A stretch of 64,000 nt of DNA from an uncultured beta proteobacterium. GTDB taxonomy: Bacteria > Pseudomonadota > Gammaproteobacteria > Burkholderiales > Gallionellaceae. The position numbers and the translations under genes were made by a program. The stretch lies in NCBI GenBank assembly GCA_963800965.1, contig CAWDCY010000002.1, positions 26,708-90,707 of the forward strand. The letters run 5' to 3'. Below are positions 9,751 to 19,224 of this stretch, one piece after another (the stretch's first letter is position 1; every line of letters starts with the position of its first letter). The notes under the pieces are model-generated. The model was not told where the DNA came from, did not search any database, and saw only the letters and a list, made by a program, of their open reading frames with translations.

Positions 9751-12231
9751 TTGCCAAACATTGCAGAACTGCCCGTCTTGGGCATGGATGCCGGAAGCAT
9801 AGTCAAAGATTTTCGCCGTTATTTCAGTCATACGCTGGGTCGGGACAAGTTAAGTGAGTCGGCGTATTACGTCTATACATCGCTCTCGCTTGCGCTGCGG
9901 GATCGGCTGGTGGAGCGTTGGAAAAAGACTCAACAAGCTTATGACGAACAGAACTGCAAACGCACTTACTATTTGTCGCTGGAGTTCCTGATGGGCAGGG
10001 CGCTGGGCAATGCCATGCTGAATCTTGAAGTAGAGCCGTCAATCTCCGATGCGCTGAAGAAGCTGGGTTTGGTGATGGAGGAAATTATCGACCAGGAACA
10101 CGATGCCGGTCTGGGAAATGGCGGTTTAGGGCGACTGGCCGCGTGTTTTCTGGATAGTTGCGCTACCTTGCAATTGCCGGTGAGAGGTTATGGCCTTCGC
10201 TACGAATATGGGATGTTCCGCCAGAAAATAGACAATGGCTACCAACTGGAAGAGCCGGATCACTGGTTGCGTAACGGTAACCCTTGGGAAATTGAGCGTC
10301 CGGAACATAGCGTGTTGGTCAAGTTTGGTGGCAAAACCGAGCATCACAAGCAGCCTGATGGAGCGATGCGTGTCTATTGGAAATTCACCAATGATGTGAT
10401 GGCGGTGCCTTACGATGTTCCGGTTCCCGGCTACCGCAATGGTACGGTCAACACGCTGCGCTTGTGGAAAGCCACCGCTACCGAAGAGTTCGATTTGGAC
10501 GAGTTTAATAAAGGCAGCTATGCCGATGCAGTTGAAGCAAAAAATACCGCCGAGCACATCACCATGGTGTTGTATCCAAATGATGCCAGCGAGAACGGTA
10601 AGGAGTTGCGCCTACGTCAGCAATATTTTCTGGCCTCGTCCAGCTTGCAAGATGTGCTGCGTTCATGGGTGAAAAAACACGGCAATGATTTCAGCGGATT
10701 TGCCGACAAAAATTTCTTTCAGTTGAACGACACTCATCCCACTTGCGCAGTGCCGGAGCTGATGCGCCTGCTGATGGACGAACATGGTCTGGATTGGGAT
10801 GTGGCCTGGAGCATCACCACTCAGACGGTCGCTTATACCAACCACACCTTGCTGCCGGAGGCACTGGAGCGTTGGCAGGTCAACCTGTTTGGACGCTTGT
10901 TGCCGAGATTGCTGGAAATTATTCACGAGATCAACGCCCGCTTTCTCGCGATGGTGGCGCAGCGCTGGCCCGGAGACGTCGAGCGGCAACGGCGCATGTC
11001 GATTATCGAAGAAGGGCATGATCAGTATATCCGTATGGCCTATATGGCCGTGGTGGCAAGCGTGTCGGTGAACGGAGTGGCGGAATTGCACTCGCGTTTG
11101 TTGACTCAGTATCTGTTCCGCGATTTCTATGAGCTGTGGCCGGAAAAGTTCAACAACAAAACCAATGGCGTGACTTCCCGCCGTTGGTTAGTGTCGAGCA
11201 ATCCAGCTTTGAGCAATTTGATTACGCGCACCATTGGAGATGACTGGATTACCGATATGTCCAGGCTGAAAGAGCTGGTGCCACATGCCGACAATGCGCC
11301 ATTTCGCACAGAGTGGCGAAAAATCAAGCAAGCTAACAAGACGCGTCTGGCAGAGATGGTGCAACGCGATTGCGGCATTGTTTTTGATGTGAACTCCCTG
11401 TTCGACGTGCAAGTGAAACGCATCCATGAGTACAAGCGGCAGTTGCTCAACGTGCTGCATGTCATTCATCTGTATGACCGCATCAAGCGCGGCGATACGA
11501 CGGATTGGACACCGCGTTGCGTGCTTATTGGCGGCAAGGCTGCGCCTGGCTACATGATGGCCAAACGCACCATAAAACTGGTTAACGCGGTGGCTCAGAT
11601 AGTTAACAACGACCCGGACGTGGCTGGTTTGTTGAAATTGGCCTTTCTGCCGAACTACAGGGTATCGGCGATGGAAGTCATCTGTGCCGGAACCGATTTA
11701 TCAGAGCAAATATCCACCGCAGGCAAGGAAGCCTCTGGGACTGGCAACATGAAGTTTATGATGAACGGTGCGTTGACTGTCGGTACGCTGGATGGCGCTA
11801 ACATCGAAATTCGCGAAGAGGTGGGAGATGAAAACTTCTTCCTGTTTGGTCTCACTGCCGAGGAAGTGGAAGCAACCAGAGGGCACTATGACCCAAACGC
11901 AATTGTCGCTACGGATGATGAGCTACGCCGGGTGATGCACCTGCTTGAAAGTGGCCACTTCAACTTGTTCGAGCCAGGCATTTTCGATCCGATTATTCAA
12001 TCCATCACTAGCCCTGGCGACCCGTGGCTGACAGCGGCAGATTTCCGTAGCTATATCGATGCGCAGCAGCAAGTAGCAAAGGCTTACCGTGATACGGAGC
12101 GCTGGACACGCATGAGCATTATCAACACGGCGACCAGCGGCAAGTTTTCCAGCGACCGTACTATATTGGATTACAACCGCGATATATGGCATTTGCCGCA
12201 AATTGCGGCGAAACCTGTTAATGGAAAATAA
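9751..12231 (+). CDS. glgP: Glycogen/starch phosphorylase
   Basis: GLGNGGLGRLAACFLDS, QLNDTHP, VKRIHEYKRQ, PLP-lysine motif EASGTGNMKF. Confidence 0.97.
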   Translation: MPNIAELPVLGMDAGSIVKDFRRYFSHTLGRDKLSESAYYVYTSLSLALRDRLVERWKKTQQAYDEQNCKRTYYLSLEFLMGRALGNAMLNLEVEPSISDALKKLGLVMEEIIDQEHDAGLGNGGLGRLAACFLDSCATLQLPVRGYGLRYEYGMFRQKIDNGYQLEEPDHWLRNGNPWEIERPEHSVLVKFGGKTEHHKQPDGAMRVYWKFTNDVMAVPYDVPVPGYRNGTVNTLRLWKATATEEFDLDEFNKGSYADAVEAKNTAEHITMVLYPNDASENGKELRLRQQYFLASSSLQDVLRSWVKKHGNDFSGFADKNFFQLNDTHPTCAVPELMRLLMDEHGLDWDVAWSITTQTVAYTNHTLLPEALERWQVNLFGRLLPRLLEIIHEINARFLAMVAQRWPGDVERQRRMSIIEEGHDQYIRMAYMAVVASVSVNGVAELHSRLLTQYLFRDFYELWPEKFNNKTNGVTSRRWLVSSNPALSNLITRTIGDDWITDMSRLKELVPHADNAPFRTEWRKIKQANKTRLAEMVQRDCGIVFDVNSLFDVQVKRIHEYKRQLLNVLHVIHLYDRIKRGDTTDWTPRCVLIGGKAAPGYMMAKRTIKLVNAVAQIVNNDPDVAGLLKLAFLPNYRVSAMEVICAGTDLSEQISTAGKEASGTGNMKFMMNGALTVGTLDGANIEIREEVGDENFFLFGLTAEEVEATRGHYDPNAIVATDDELRRVMHLLESGHFNLFEPGIFDPIIQSITSPGDPWLTAADFRSYIDAQQQVAKAYRDTERWTRMSIINTATSGKFSSDRTILDYNRDIWHLPQIAAKPVNGK

Positions 12232-12260
12232 TTAAAATTGACGATAAAAAAAGGCCATGC

Positions 12261-12467
12261 AAGACTGGAAAAGCAATGGTGCATATTGCCCGAAGGGTGG
12301 CGTGGTCATGGGTGACGTCATCGATATTGGTGAATTGGCTTGGTGTTGATGGACGCTTGGCCGTTATCCCGTTAAAGCGAGTGAGCTAGACAAAATACCC
12401 GATGTGGCACCCTATTCAAAAACGAACAATGGTGATAGTCACGGTGCTACGCAAGCAAAAAATCAGT
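12261..12467 (+). repeat. Dispersed ~210-bp repeat, copy 1 (degraded coding fragment)
   Basis: Aligns by eye with 16029-16241; translates DWKSNGAYCPKGGVVMGDVIDIGELAW. Confidence 0.75.
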
Positions 12468-12756
12468 CTCAAACCCGGCATATCAAGCAAGAGAGCCCTT
12501 AACGATCACCCATCCAATGCCGCTGGAATCGATATCCGAAGTCTATAGCTGACACTTTTTGTCGCATCACCCGTTACCTGCAAGTGAAGGCCTACAAGGA
12601 GGATTGCTATCCAAATAGCTTTGGCTCGCGAGATGGGGGGCGAGTAGCTATTAAAATTCTAATTCAGAGCGGGTTTGGCTGTTTTGATGAATAACTAAAA
12701 TCATTCATCATCGTATGGTTATCAAGAGCCAACAGATAACTGTGATACAGCTAAAT

Positions 12757-12993
12757 TTAAAGATTGTGTTCCTTTTTGTAAAGCATGATCAATGAGTAAG
12801 CTTCATCTTTGAGAAGCAGTTTTTCTTTTTTAAGTACTTCAAGTTCAGTATCAGTCAGATGAGCTTCGCCGTTCTCAGCTTTTGTGATTTGACTATCAAG
12901 CTCATTGTGCTTGTCGAAAATTTTCAAAAAATGGGCATTAGCTGCATTGTTTTGTTTCATTTGGGTAATGATGTCGCGGTATTCGTGTAGCAT
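12757..12993 (-). CDS. YdcH/DUF465-family small protein
   Basis: MLHEYRDIIT...HFLKIFDKHNELD...LKKEKLLLKDE; AAGGA RBS. Confidence 0.85.
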   Translation of the reverse strand: MLHEYRDIITQMKQNNAANAHFLKIFDKHNELDSQITKAENGEAHLTDTELEVLKKEKLLLKDEAYSLIMLYKKEHNL

Positions 12994-13119
12994 TACAATT
13001 CCTTATGTAGTGTTCTGATTGTGTGATTTTAACATGGATTATTCGGGTTAATGTCGACCAAGAAAAAAGCATGTGACATCAATCGCAATAAAAGCGGGGC
13101 TTGGTAAAACCTTTTTGTT

Positions 13120-14166
13120 TTAGCGTTTGATCTTGGCCAGAAACACAGTCACTTCTTCACGGTCATGGTATAGCTGTTTCGCTTGCAAGCGATATTTGAA
13201 GCCTTTTTTATCCAGTACCTCGCGAATGCAGACGAGCGCATTATTCAAGGCTTCCACGCGTTTTTTCATCGGCAGTTTGAGGTTGAAGAAGGCGCGATTG
13301 GTTGAGCCGCTGGCGACCCAGTCAGCGACCAGTGCGGCGACTCGTCCCGGTTGCTCAATCATGTCGCATACTAGCCAGTCTACCGCGTGTTTGGGCCGAT
13401 AGCGGAAGCCATCCTGGCGCAGGTGTTTCACCGAGGGGTGATCGGCCATCACGCCTTTGAGCGGGCCGTTATCGACTGCCTCCACCTGCATACCCAGACT
13501 GACAAGGTGCCAAGTCCAGCCGCCGGGAGCAGCACCCAGATCTACTGCGCGCATGCCTGGCCTGATCCATTGTGTTTTTTCGTCTTCGGATAAAAAAACT
13601 TCGAAAGCTTCGGTCAACTTGAGTACAGAACGACTGGGCGCTTCATAAGGCATCTTCATGCGCAGGATGCCCATAGCTGAGGCTGCACTGTTTTGCGGGT
13701 CACTTGCACCGATTAGTGCACGATTCTTATCCGGGAAAAAGATATGCAGGCGGGGCAGGCGGGGGTCTTCAGCCATGCGCCCACTGGCGTGCAGCTTTTC
13801 TTCCAGCAGGGGTTGAAAGCGCTTGATAAAGCCGGACAGGGTTTTGCCATCGTTAGTGTCAGGCGTTTCCAGCCACAATGCGCTGAATTGCGTGGGTGTA
13901 TCGGGTATGGCTGTAAGCAGGGGGGTGAGGCGGTCGCGATCAGGCAGCTCGCTTACTTCGGCTAGCAGGGTGATCAACTGGCGGGTAAAGGTGAGCTGGT
14001 CATAATGCAGGCGCGGTTTGTTTTGAAGAATGAGAAAGCCGCTGTTGGCATTGGCTTCGAGTGGCAATGCCTGAGTTTCCTGCAGGCAGTCTCGTTCAAA
14101 GCCGGGGCGACAATACAGCAGCCACTGTTGTGATTTTGTTGGATTTGGTGTGCTCATCGCGCGCAT
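13120..14166 (-). CDS. rlmM: 23S rRNA C2498 2'-O-methyltransferase
   Basis: LLYCRPGFE, APSRSVLKL, DLGAAPGGWT, VCDM, NLKLPMKKR, QLYHDREEVT. Confidence 0.95.
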   Translation of the reverse strand: MRAMSTPNPTKSQQWLLYCRPGFERDCLQETQALPLEANANSGFLILQNKPRLHYDQLTFTRQLITLLAEVSELPDRDRLTPLLTAIPDTPTQFSALWLETPDTNDGKTLSGFIKRFQPLLEEKLHASGRMAEDPRLPRLHIFFPDKNRALIGASDPQNSAASAMGILRMKMPYEAPSRSVLKLTEAFEVFLSEDEKTQWIRPGMRAVDLGAAPGGWTWHLVSLGMQVEAVDNGPLKGVMADHPSVKHLRQDGFRYRPKHAVDWLVCDMIEQPGRVAALVADWVASGSTNRAFFNLKLPMKKRVEALNNALVCIREVLDKKGFKYRLQAKQLYHDREEVTVFLAKIKR

Positions 14167-14818
14167 GTTAGCAGTCTGTAGGTGAGGGTCAATCTTTAAA
14201 TGTGTCTATAAACTATTTTTAGCTATATTTGATAAATCATTCACAATCAAATAGATATTTAGTTGGCTCATGGGCGCGACGGAAACTAACCTACTGAACT
14301 GGCAGAAACGTTAAGGAACGGAAGAAGTTTGCGCCCAAGCATTGGCGCAACAACGCTGGTCCGACAGGCTGCTAGGTCTGAGGATATTTTGCAGTCCGTG
14401 AAGTCGGCGCGGATCGGTTAGCCAGCAGCAGGAGGGCATCGGAGTTGTTCTGAGGTAGAATTGGCAGCAGGCGAGTACACACAATCTTTATTTTAAAAAA
14501 CGTTATTACTTAATGGCATGTAATATCAAATTGCTACTTTGTTATTCACCATCTTTTTTTGCAACATTCAAGCTTGGTAATTGCTCTGCGGTACATATTT
14601 AAAGATTCGATTTCAAACGTATATATCTGGCAGCTTGTCAGGAGTTTTGATTCTGAATTATCGCAACAATTTTTATTCACGCTGCTTTTTAATAAAAAAT
14701 TAAAATACAATCAAGTGGTTATTTTTATACAAGGCTATCTGTTGGGAAATTTTTTAAATGCTCGCCAACAGTTTTATTATGTCAGGCTTGACTATGACTG
14801 TAGTCAGAGGCTGGATAC

Positions 14819-15895
14819 TTGAATTCCGATTTTTTAATTATTGGGGGTGGGGTGGCCGGGTTGTCGACTGCGCAACGTTTGTTGCAGCAGGGAGCGGCAG
14901 TAACCGTGTTGGAACGCGGGGGGGTTGGTCAGGAAGCTTCTTGGGCAGGCGGCGGCATTTTGTCGCCGCTGTGCCCGTGGAATTATCCTGATGAAGTTAC
15001 GCGCTTGACCACTCGTGGCGCAGAGCTGTTTTCGGCGTGGACAAATGAATTGCATGCGGTCACCGGCATAAATCCTGAATATGAAACAAGCGGAATGCTG
15101 GTTTTGCCACCATTTGATGCGCAAGCAGCAGGGCAATGGTGTGCGACGCATAGTACTTATTCAGTAAATCAAGTTCGTGCAACAGATTACAATTTACTCG
15201 CGCAAGGAGATGCACTATTTTTGCCGGAAGTAGCTCAGGTACGAAATCCTAGGTTGATGCGCGCTTTGCATCAGCACGTGAAATCGCTTGGGGGAAATAT
15301 CATAGAACAATGTGCAGTCAGCGATATTGAGGTCGAAAATGGGCGAGTACAAACACTCACCACTTCCAGCGGGAAATTTAATGCACAGGGCTATATCGTT
15401 ACCGCCGGAGCGTGGAGCAAGGAAGTATTGGGAAAAAACGCACTACGATTAAATATTAAACCGATGCGCGGGCAGATGCTGTTATTCAAGTTCGACGTGT
15501 CGCCGCTCCGTCATATTGTGTTGCAAGACGATTTGTATTTGATCCCGCGTCTTGATGGGCATCTTTTGGTCGGCAGTACTATGGAGGACGTTGGGTTTGA
15601 CCAGTGCACCACCAGTGAGGCACGCCACATGTTGTGGCAACGAGCCCAAAAATTACTGCCATCTCTGCGCAATATGCCGTTGGTGCAACATTGGGCTGGG
15701 CTACGTCCTGCCTCGCCGCACAATATCCCCACCATCGGGCGGCATCCGCAGCTGGACAATCTTTACATTAATAGCGGACATTTTCGTTATGGCGTGACCA
15801 TGGCTCCGGTCAGCGTCGAAATTCTTTTAAATGAGATTACAGGTGCGCAGCAACCATTCGATGTAACTCCTTATCGGGCGGGGTGGGGCACTTAA
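14819..15895 (+). CDS. thiO: Glycine oxidase ThiO / DAO-family FAD oxidoreductase
   Basis: IIGGGVAG, ASWAGGGILSP, PMRGQM, WAGLRP, GHFRYGV. Confidence 0.8.
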   Translation: MNSDFLIIGGGVAGLSTAQRLLQQGAAVTVLERGGVGQEASWAGGGILSPLCPWNYPDEVTRLTTRGAELFSAWTNELHAVTGINPEYETSGMLVLPPFDAQAAGQWCATHSTYSVNQVRATDYNLLAQGDALFLPEVAQVRNPRLMRALHQHVKSLGGNIIEQCAVSDIEVENGRVQTLTTSSGKFNAQGYIVTAGAWSKEVLGKNALRLNIKPMRGQMLLFKFDVSPLRHIVLQDDLYLIPRLDGHLLVGSTMEDVGFDQCTTSEARHMLWQRAQKLLPSLRNMPLVQHWAGLRPASPHNIPTIGRHPQLDNLYINSGHFRYGVTMAPVSVEILLNEITGAQQPFDVTPYRAGWGT

Positions 15896-16028
15896 AATGG
15901 TTTCCATTTTCCAGCTTGTCTCAAATGGCGTTCAACATATTGATAGCGTAGTAATCAATCCAATACCTCAATTACGCCGAAGAAACACGACGCTCTGCGA
16001 ATGTGGCAAAGTGGATGTGGTGTCACGG

Positions 16029-16241
16029 AAGACTGGGAAAGCAATGGTGCATACTACCCGAAGGGTAGTGTGGCCATGGGTGACATCATCGACCATCGGT
16101 GAATTGGCTTGGCGTGATAGTCCGCCTGGCTGATATCCCGTGTAAGTAAGAGAGTGATCTTGACGACTTACCCGATGGTGCCAAATTCCAAAACGAATAA
16201 TGCAGATAGTCACAGCGCTACTACGCGAGCAAAAAATCAGT
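16029..16241 (+). repeat. Dispersed ~210-bp repeat, copy 2
   Basis: Translates DWESNGAYYPKGSVAMGDIID...GELAW; ends GCAAAAAATCAGT like copy 1. Confidence 0.75.
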
Positions 16242-16321
16242 TTGATGTTAAGACGCTACTTAAATATATTTCAATGTCTCAGGCTGTGCTCAAACTATAG
16301 CCACTATATTTGCTGACTTGA

Positions 16322-17191
16322 TTGATCTATTTTCTTGGTGTGAAATACATTCAGGCTGTTCAAAATATTGGGTTGATTAATATGAGCAATATGTATGAGG
16401 AATTTCATAAGAATTTTGAGATTGTCATAGCTGATACGCCGGAATTATTGCGTGAAGTTTTTCATGTGCGTTATCAGGCGCTGTGTGTTGAAAAGCGTCT
16501 CCCTGGATTTGACATGTCGTTGTATCCTGATCAGCTTGAAAAAGACCAGTATGATCATCATTCTTCTCATGCTCTTTTAAGATATCGAGAAACGGGGGAT
16601 TTCATTGGGACAGTTCGCTTGATACGGTGTGACCCGATGAATTTTGGAAAACTATTTCCGGTCGAACTACATACGCTGATTGACCCCGCGCTCTGTAATA
16701 TAGAGGAATTGTCGCGCCAACATACAGTTGAAATATCTCGTTTAATTGTCCTTAATAATTTTGATCGTCGCAAGAGTGAGCGTCGCAACCTGGAAACAAG
16801 AAATATTAATAGAAATAATTCCGAAATAGATCGGAGATACCTCCCTAATTTAACTTTATTACTTGTGGCTGCTGCCGTACGTATGAGTGCTCAAGGTAAT
16901 GTCAGAAATTGGTTGTCAGTTATGGAACCTCCACTAAACAGACTATTAGGGTATTATGGTTCAAACCTTACTCCCATTGGGCCAACGGTTAATTACCTTG
17001 GTTTGCGCAGGCCGTATTTCTCGAACTACGTGGACATGTTAGACAAGATGTATCTGACGCATCGAGATGCTTGGGATGTAGTGACGGAGAAGGGGCTGTA
17101 TTGTAAATCTCCCGCAACGACAATTTTTGCAAAGAAAGATCGTGATTGCAAAGACAGTACCCACCCTCCTCTTTTTATATTTAATTCTTAG
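16322..17191 (+). CDS. GNAT-fold N-acyl amino acid synthase (FeeM-like / PEP-CTERM-exosortase-associated acyltransferase); start probably ATG near 16382
   Basis: VRYQALCVE, LEKDQYDHHSSH, GTVRLI, VEISRL, VMEPPL, IGPTVNYLGLRRPY. Confidence 0.8.
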   Translation: MIYFLGVKYIQAVQNIGLINMSNMYEEFHKNFEIVIADTPELLREVFHVRYQALCVEKRLPGFDMSLYPDQLEKDQYDHHSSHALLRYRETGDFIGTVRLIRCDPMNFGKLFPVELHTLIDPALCNIEELSRQHTVEISRLIVLNNFDRRKSERRNLETRNINRNNSEIDRRYLPNLTLLLVAAAVRMSAQGNVRNWLSVMEPPLNRLLGYYGSNLTPIGPTVNYLGLRRPYFSNYVDMLDKMYLTHRDAWDVVTEKGLYCKSPATTIFAKKDRDCKDSTHPPLFIFNS

Positions 17192-17401
17192 AAGACTGAC
17201 AGTCCGATATCACGCAGACAAAGTAATGAGTAATCAAGTTATAGCGAAAATTATACTGTCAAGCGATTAGCTAACGTGAGTTTTTAAGGCAGAATAGGTA
17301 TCGTTACTCAATAGTTACAGCTTGGGGTGCGCTTAGTCATTTATGCTACGTTAACGTGCAGAATCAAGGCCATAAAATAACAATATCAAACAGTTTTACT
17401 T

Positions 17402-17456
17402 TACAGCAATGCCATGCTCTACGTTCCGCATCGCAACGTAGAGCATGGCTGCTGTA
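17402..17456. repeat. Long hairpin with GTAG/CTAC REP-like arms
   Basis: GCCATGCTCTACGTT (17411-17425) / AACGTAGAGCATGGC (17435-17449) perfect 15-bp stem, extended by TACAGCA/TGCTGTA. Confidence 0.7.
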
Positions 17457-17513
17457 CCCGTTAATTTGTATTGAATCCTTAATTAAGTTGGATATTGGTT
17501 TGTATGGATTGTA

Positions 17514-17951
17514 ATGTTAAAAAATAACGTACATAACTGTTCAATTCTATTGATATGTTTTTTTTGCGTTATAACAAAAGGATGGGCAAATGAGCGATAT
17601 GAAATTGTAACGCATCCTAATGTTAGTGCAAAAAGTCTATCTGTGAATTCATTACGAGCCATCTTCGGCATGCATTTAAAAACATGGCCAGATGGAACAA
17701 TAATAAAAGTGTTTGTACTGCCTGATGACAATGTTTTGCACCAAAGATTTGCAAAAGAAAAGTTACATGTATTTCCATATCAGCTTCGATTGACTTGGGA
17801 TCGGCTAGTATTCTCTGGTACTGGTCAGGCTCCAAATAATGTCTCCTCAAATGCCGAAATGTTAACTAAGATTGCTGGTACACCTGGCTCAATCGGATAT
17901 TTAAAAACTAATCTCATCAATGATGATGTCCATGTGCTTGAAATTGAATAA
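17514..17951 (+). CDS. Small periplasmic protein resembling a single-lobe PstS/PBP2-like domain
   Basis: Signal peptide ...KGWA; LRAIFGM...WPDG, WDRLVFSGTGQAP, TPGSIGYL. Confidence 0.7.
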   Translation: MLKNNVHNCSILLICFFCVITKGWANERYEIVTHPNVSAKSLSVNSLRAIFGMHLKTWPDGTIIKVFVLPDDNVLHQRFAKEKLHVFPYQLRLTWDRLVFSGTGQAPNNVSSNAEMLTKIAGTPGSIGYLKTNLINDDVHVLEIE

Positions 17952-19224
17952 GTGCGCGTATCGCTATACGTACTCGTCGATTAAATTTCTAATCGTATCA
18001 ACCATACTCTGTAATGGTATTGTGCAAGCTCAGGAACAAGTAAACAATCAAACAAATAAAAATCTTGTAACATCAGCAAGAGACTGGTTTGATAAAGTAA
18101 CGTTGCCTTACAATTTGCAAGTTCATGGATTTGCAAGTCAAGCTTACATCTCAACTTCAGCTAATGACTTTTTCGGAAATACAGATGGAGGCGGAAATTT
18201 CGGCTTTACTGAGGTGGGGCTTAATGCTTTAGCACAACCACTACCGAAGCTACAGTTGTCAGTACAAGTTTTATCTCGACGAGCTGGCAATGGAAATACG
18301 GGTGTGCCGCGACTCGATTTTGGATTTGCTGACTATCGATTGTTTTCTCGTGACACGAATCAATTTGGGATTCGAGTAGGAAGATTGAAAAATCCATTTG
18401 GATTTTATAATGACACTCGCGATGTAGCCTTTACACGCCCAAGTATTTTGTTGCCGCAATCTATTTATTTTGACCGAACACGTAATCTTGGACTTTCTGG
18501 CGATGCGGTGCATTTATATGGTGAATCCGCTCATAACAGTCTTGGAAGTATTTCTGTTCAATTTGGAGTATTTAGGCCATTAGTTGGTGATAAAGATACT
18601 GAATTATCTCTTTTAGGGGGAGAGAGAGCGGGTAAACTAACCAGGAAATTGTCCTATATTGGCCGCGGAATTTATGAAACCGATAATAAGAAGATTCGTT
18701 TAGCGCTTAGTGGAATATGGTTAGACGTGGGTTATGATCCGGCAGCAAATGATCCTTTAGCTTCCGGGAACGTACAGTTTTCACCTGTTTTCTTTTCTGC
18801 ACAATACAACGCTGAACGTTGGAGTTTGACATCAGAATATGCGATTCGTCATTTTAAATATAAAAATTTCAATAATCCAGGATTTGATAGCCTAGATTTC
18901 ACTGGTGAAAGCTATTATTTCCAGAGTGCCTACCGCTTCACCCCGAAATGGGAAGGTGTTTTGCGTTACGATGCTCTCTTTACAGACAGAGCGGATCGTA
19001 GTGGTCAACAATACTTTGCTGCTTCAGGACGTCCTGCTTACAGTCGTTTTGCTAAAGATATTACAGTAGGTTTACGTTGGAATGTTACCCCAGCATTTAT
19101 GCTGCGCACTGAATATCATAACGTAAATGGAACAGCTTGGCTTTCTACATTGGATAACCCTAGCCCTTCAGACACCCGCCAGCACTGGGATCTTTTTGCC
19201 ATTCAAGCATCTTTTCGTTTTTAA
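17920..19224 (+). CDS. Outer-membrane beta-barrel (porin-like) protein
   Basis: Signal-like N-terminus, amphipathic strands, RVGRLKNPFGFYNDTRDV, C-terminal ...IQASFRF. Confidence 0.75.
   Translation: MMMSMCLKLNKCAYRYTYSSIKFLIVSTILCNGIVQAQEQVNNQTNKNLVTSARDWFDKVTLPYNLQVHGFASQAYISTSANDFFGNTDGGGNFGFTEVGLNALAQPLPKLQLSVQVLSRRAGNGNTGVPRLDFGFADYRLFSRDTNQFGIRVGRLKNPFGFYNDTRDVAFTRPSILLPQSIYFDRTRNLGLSGDAVHLYGESAHNSLGSISVQFGVFRPLVGDKDTELSLLGGERAGKLTRKLSYIGRGIYETDNKKIRLALSGIWLDVGYDPAANDPLASGNVQFSPVFFSAQYNAERWSLTSEYAIRHFKYKNFNNPGFDSLDFTGESYYFQSAYRFTPKWEGVLRYDALFTDRADRSGQQYFAASGRPAYSRFAKDITVGLRWNVTPAFMLRTEYHNVNGTAWLSTLDNPSPSDTRQHWDLFAIQASFRF

Noticed and set aside
9579-12201. Numerous antisense and alternate-frame ORFs over glgP, and similarly over gyrA, serA and mnmC
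   Set aside because: Shadow ORFs of GC-rich coding sequence with no recognisable motifs
14559-14822. 87-aa ORF upstream of thiO
   Set aside because: AT-rich promoter-like DNA, TTG start and no recognisable motifs
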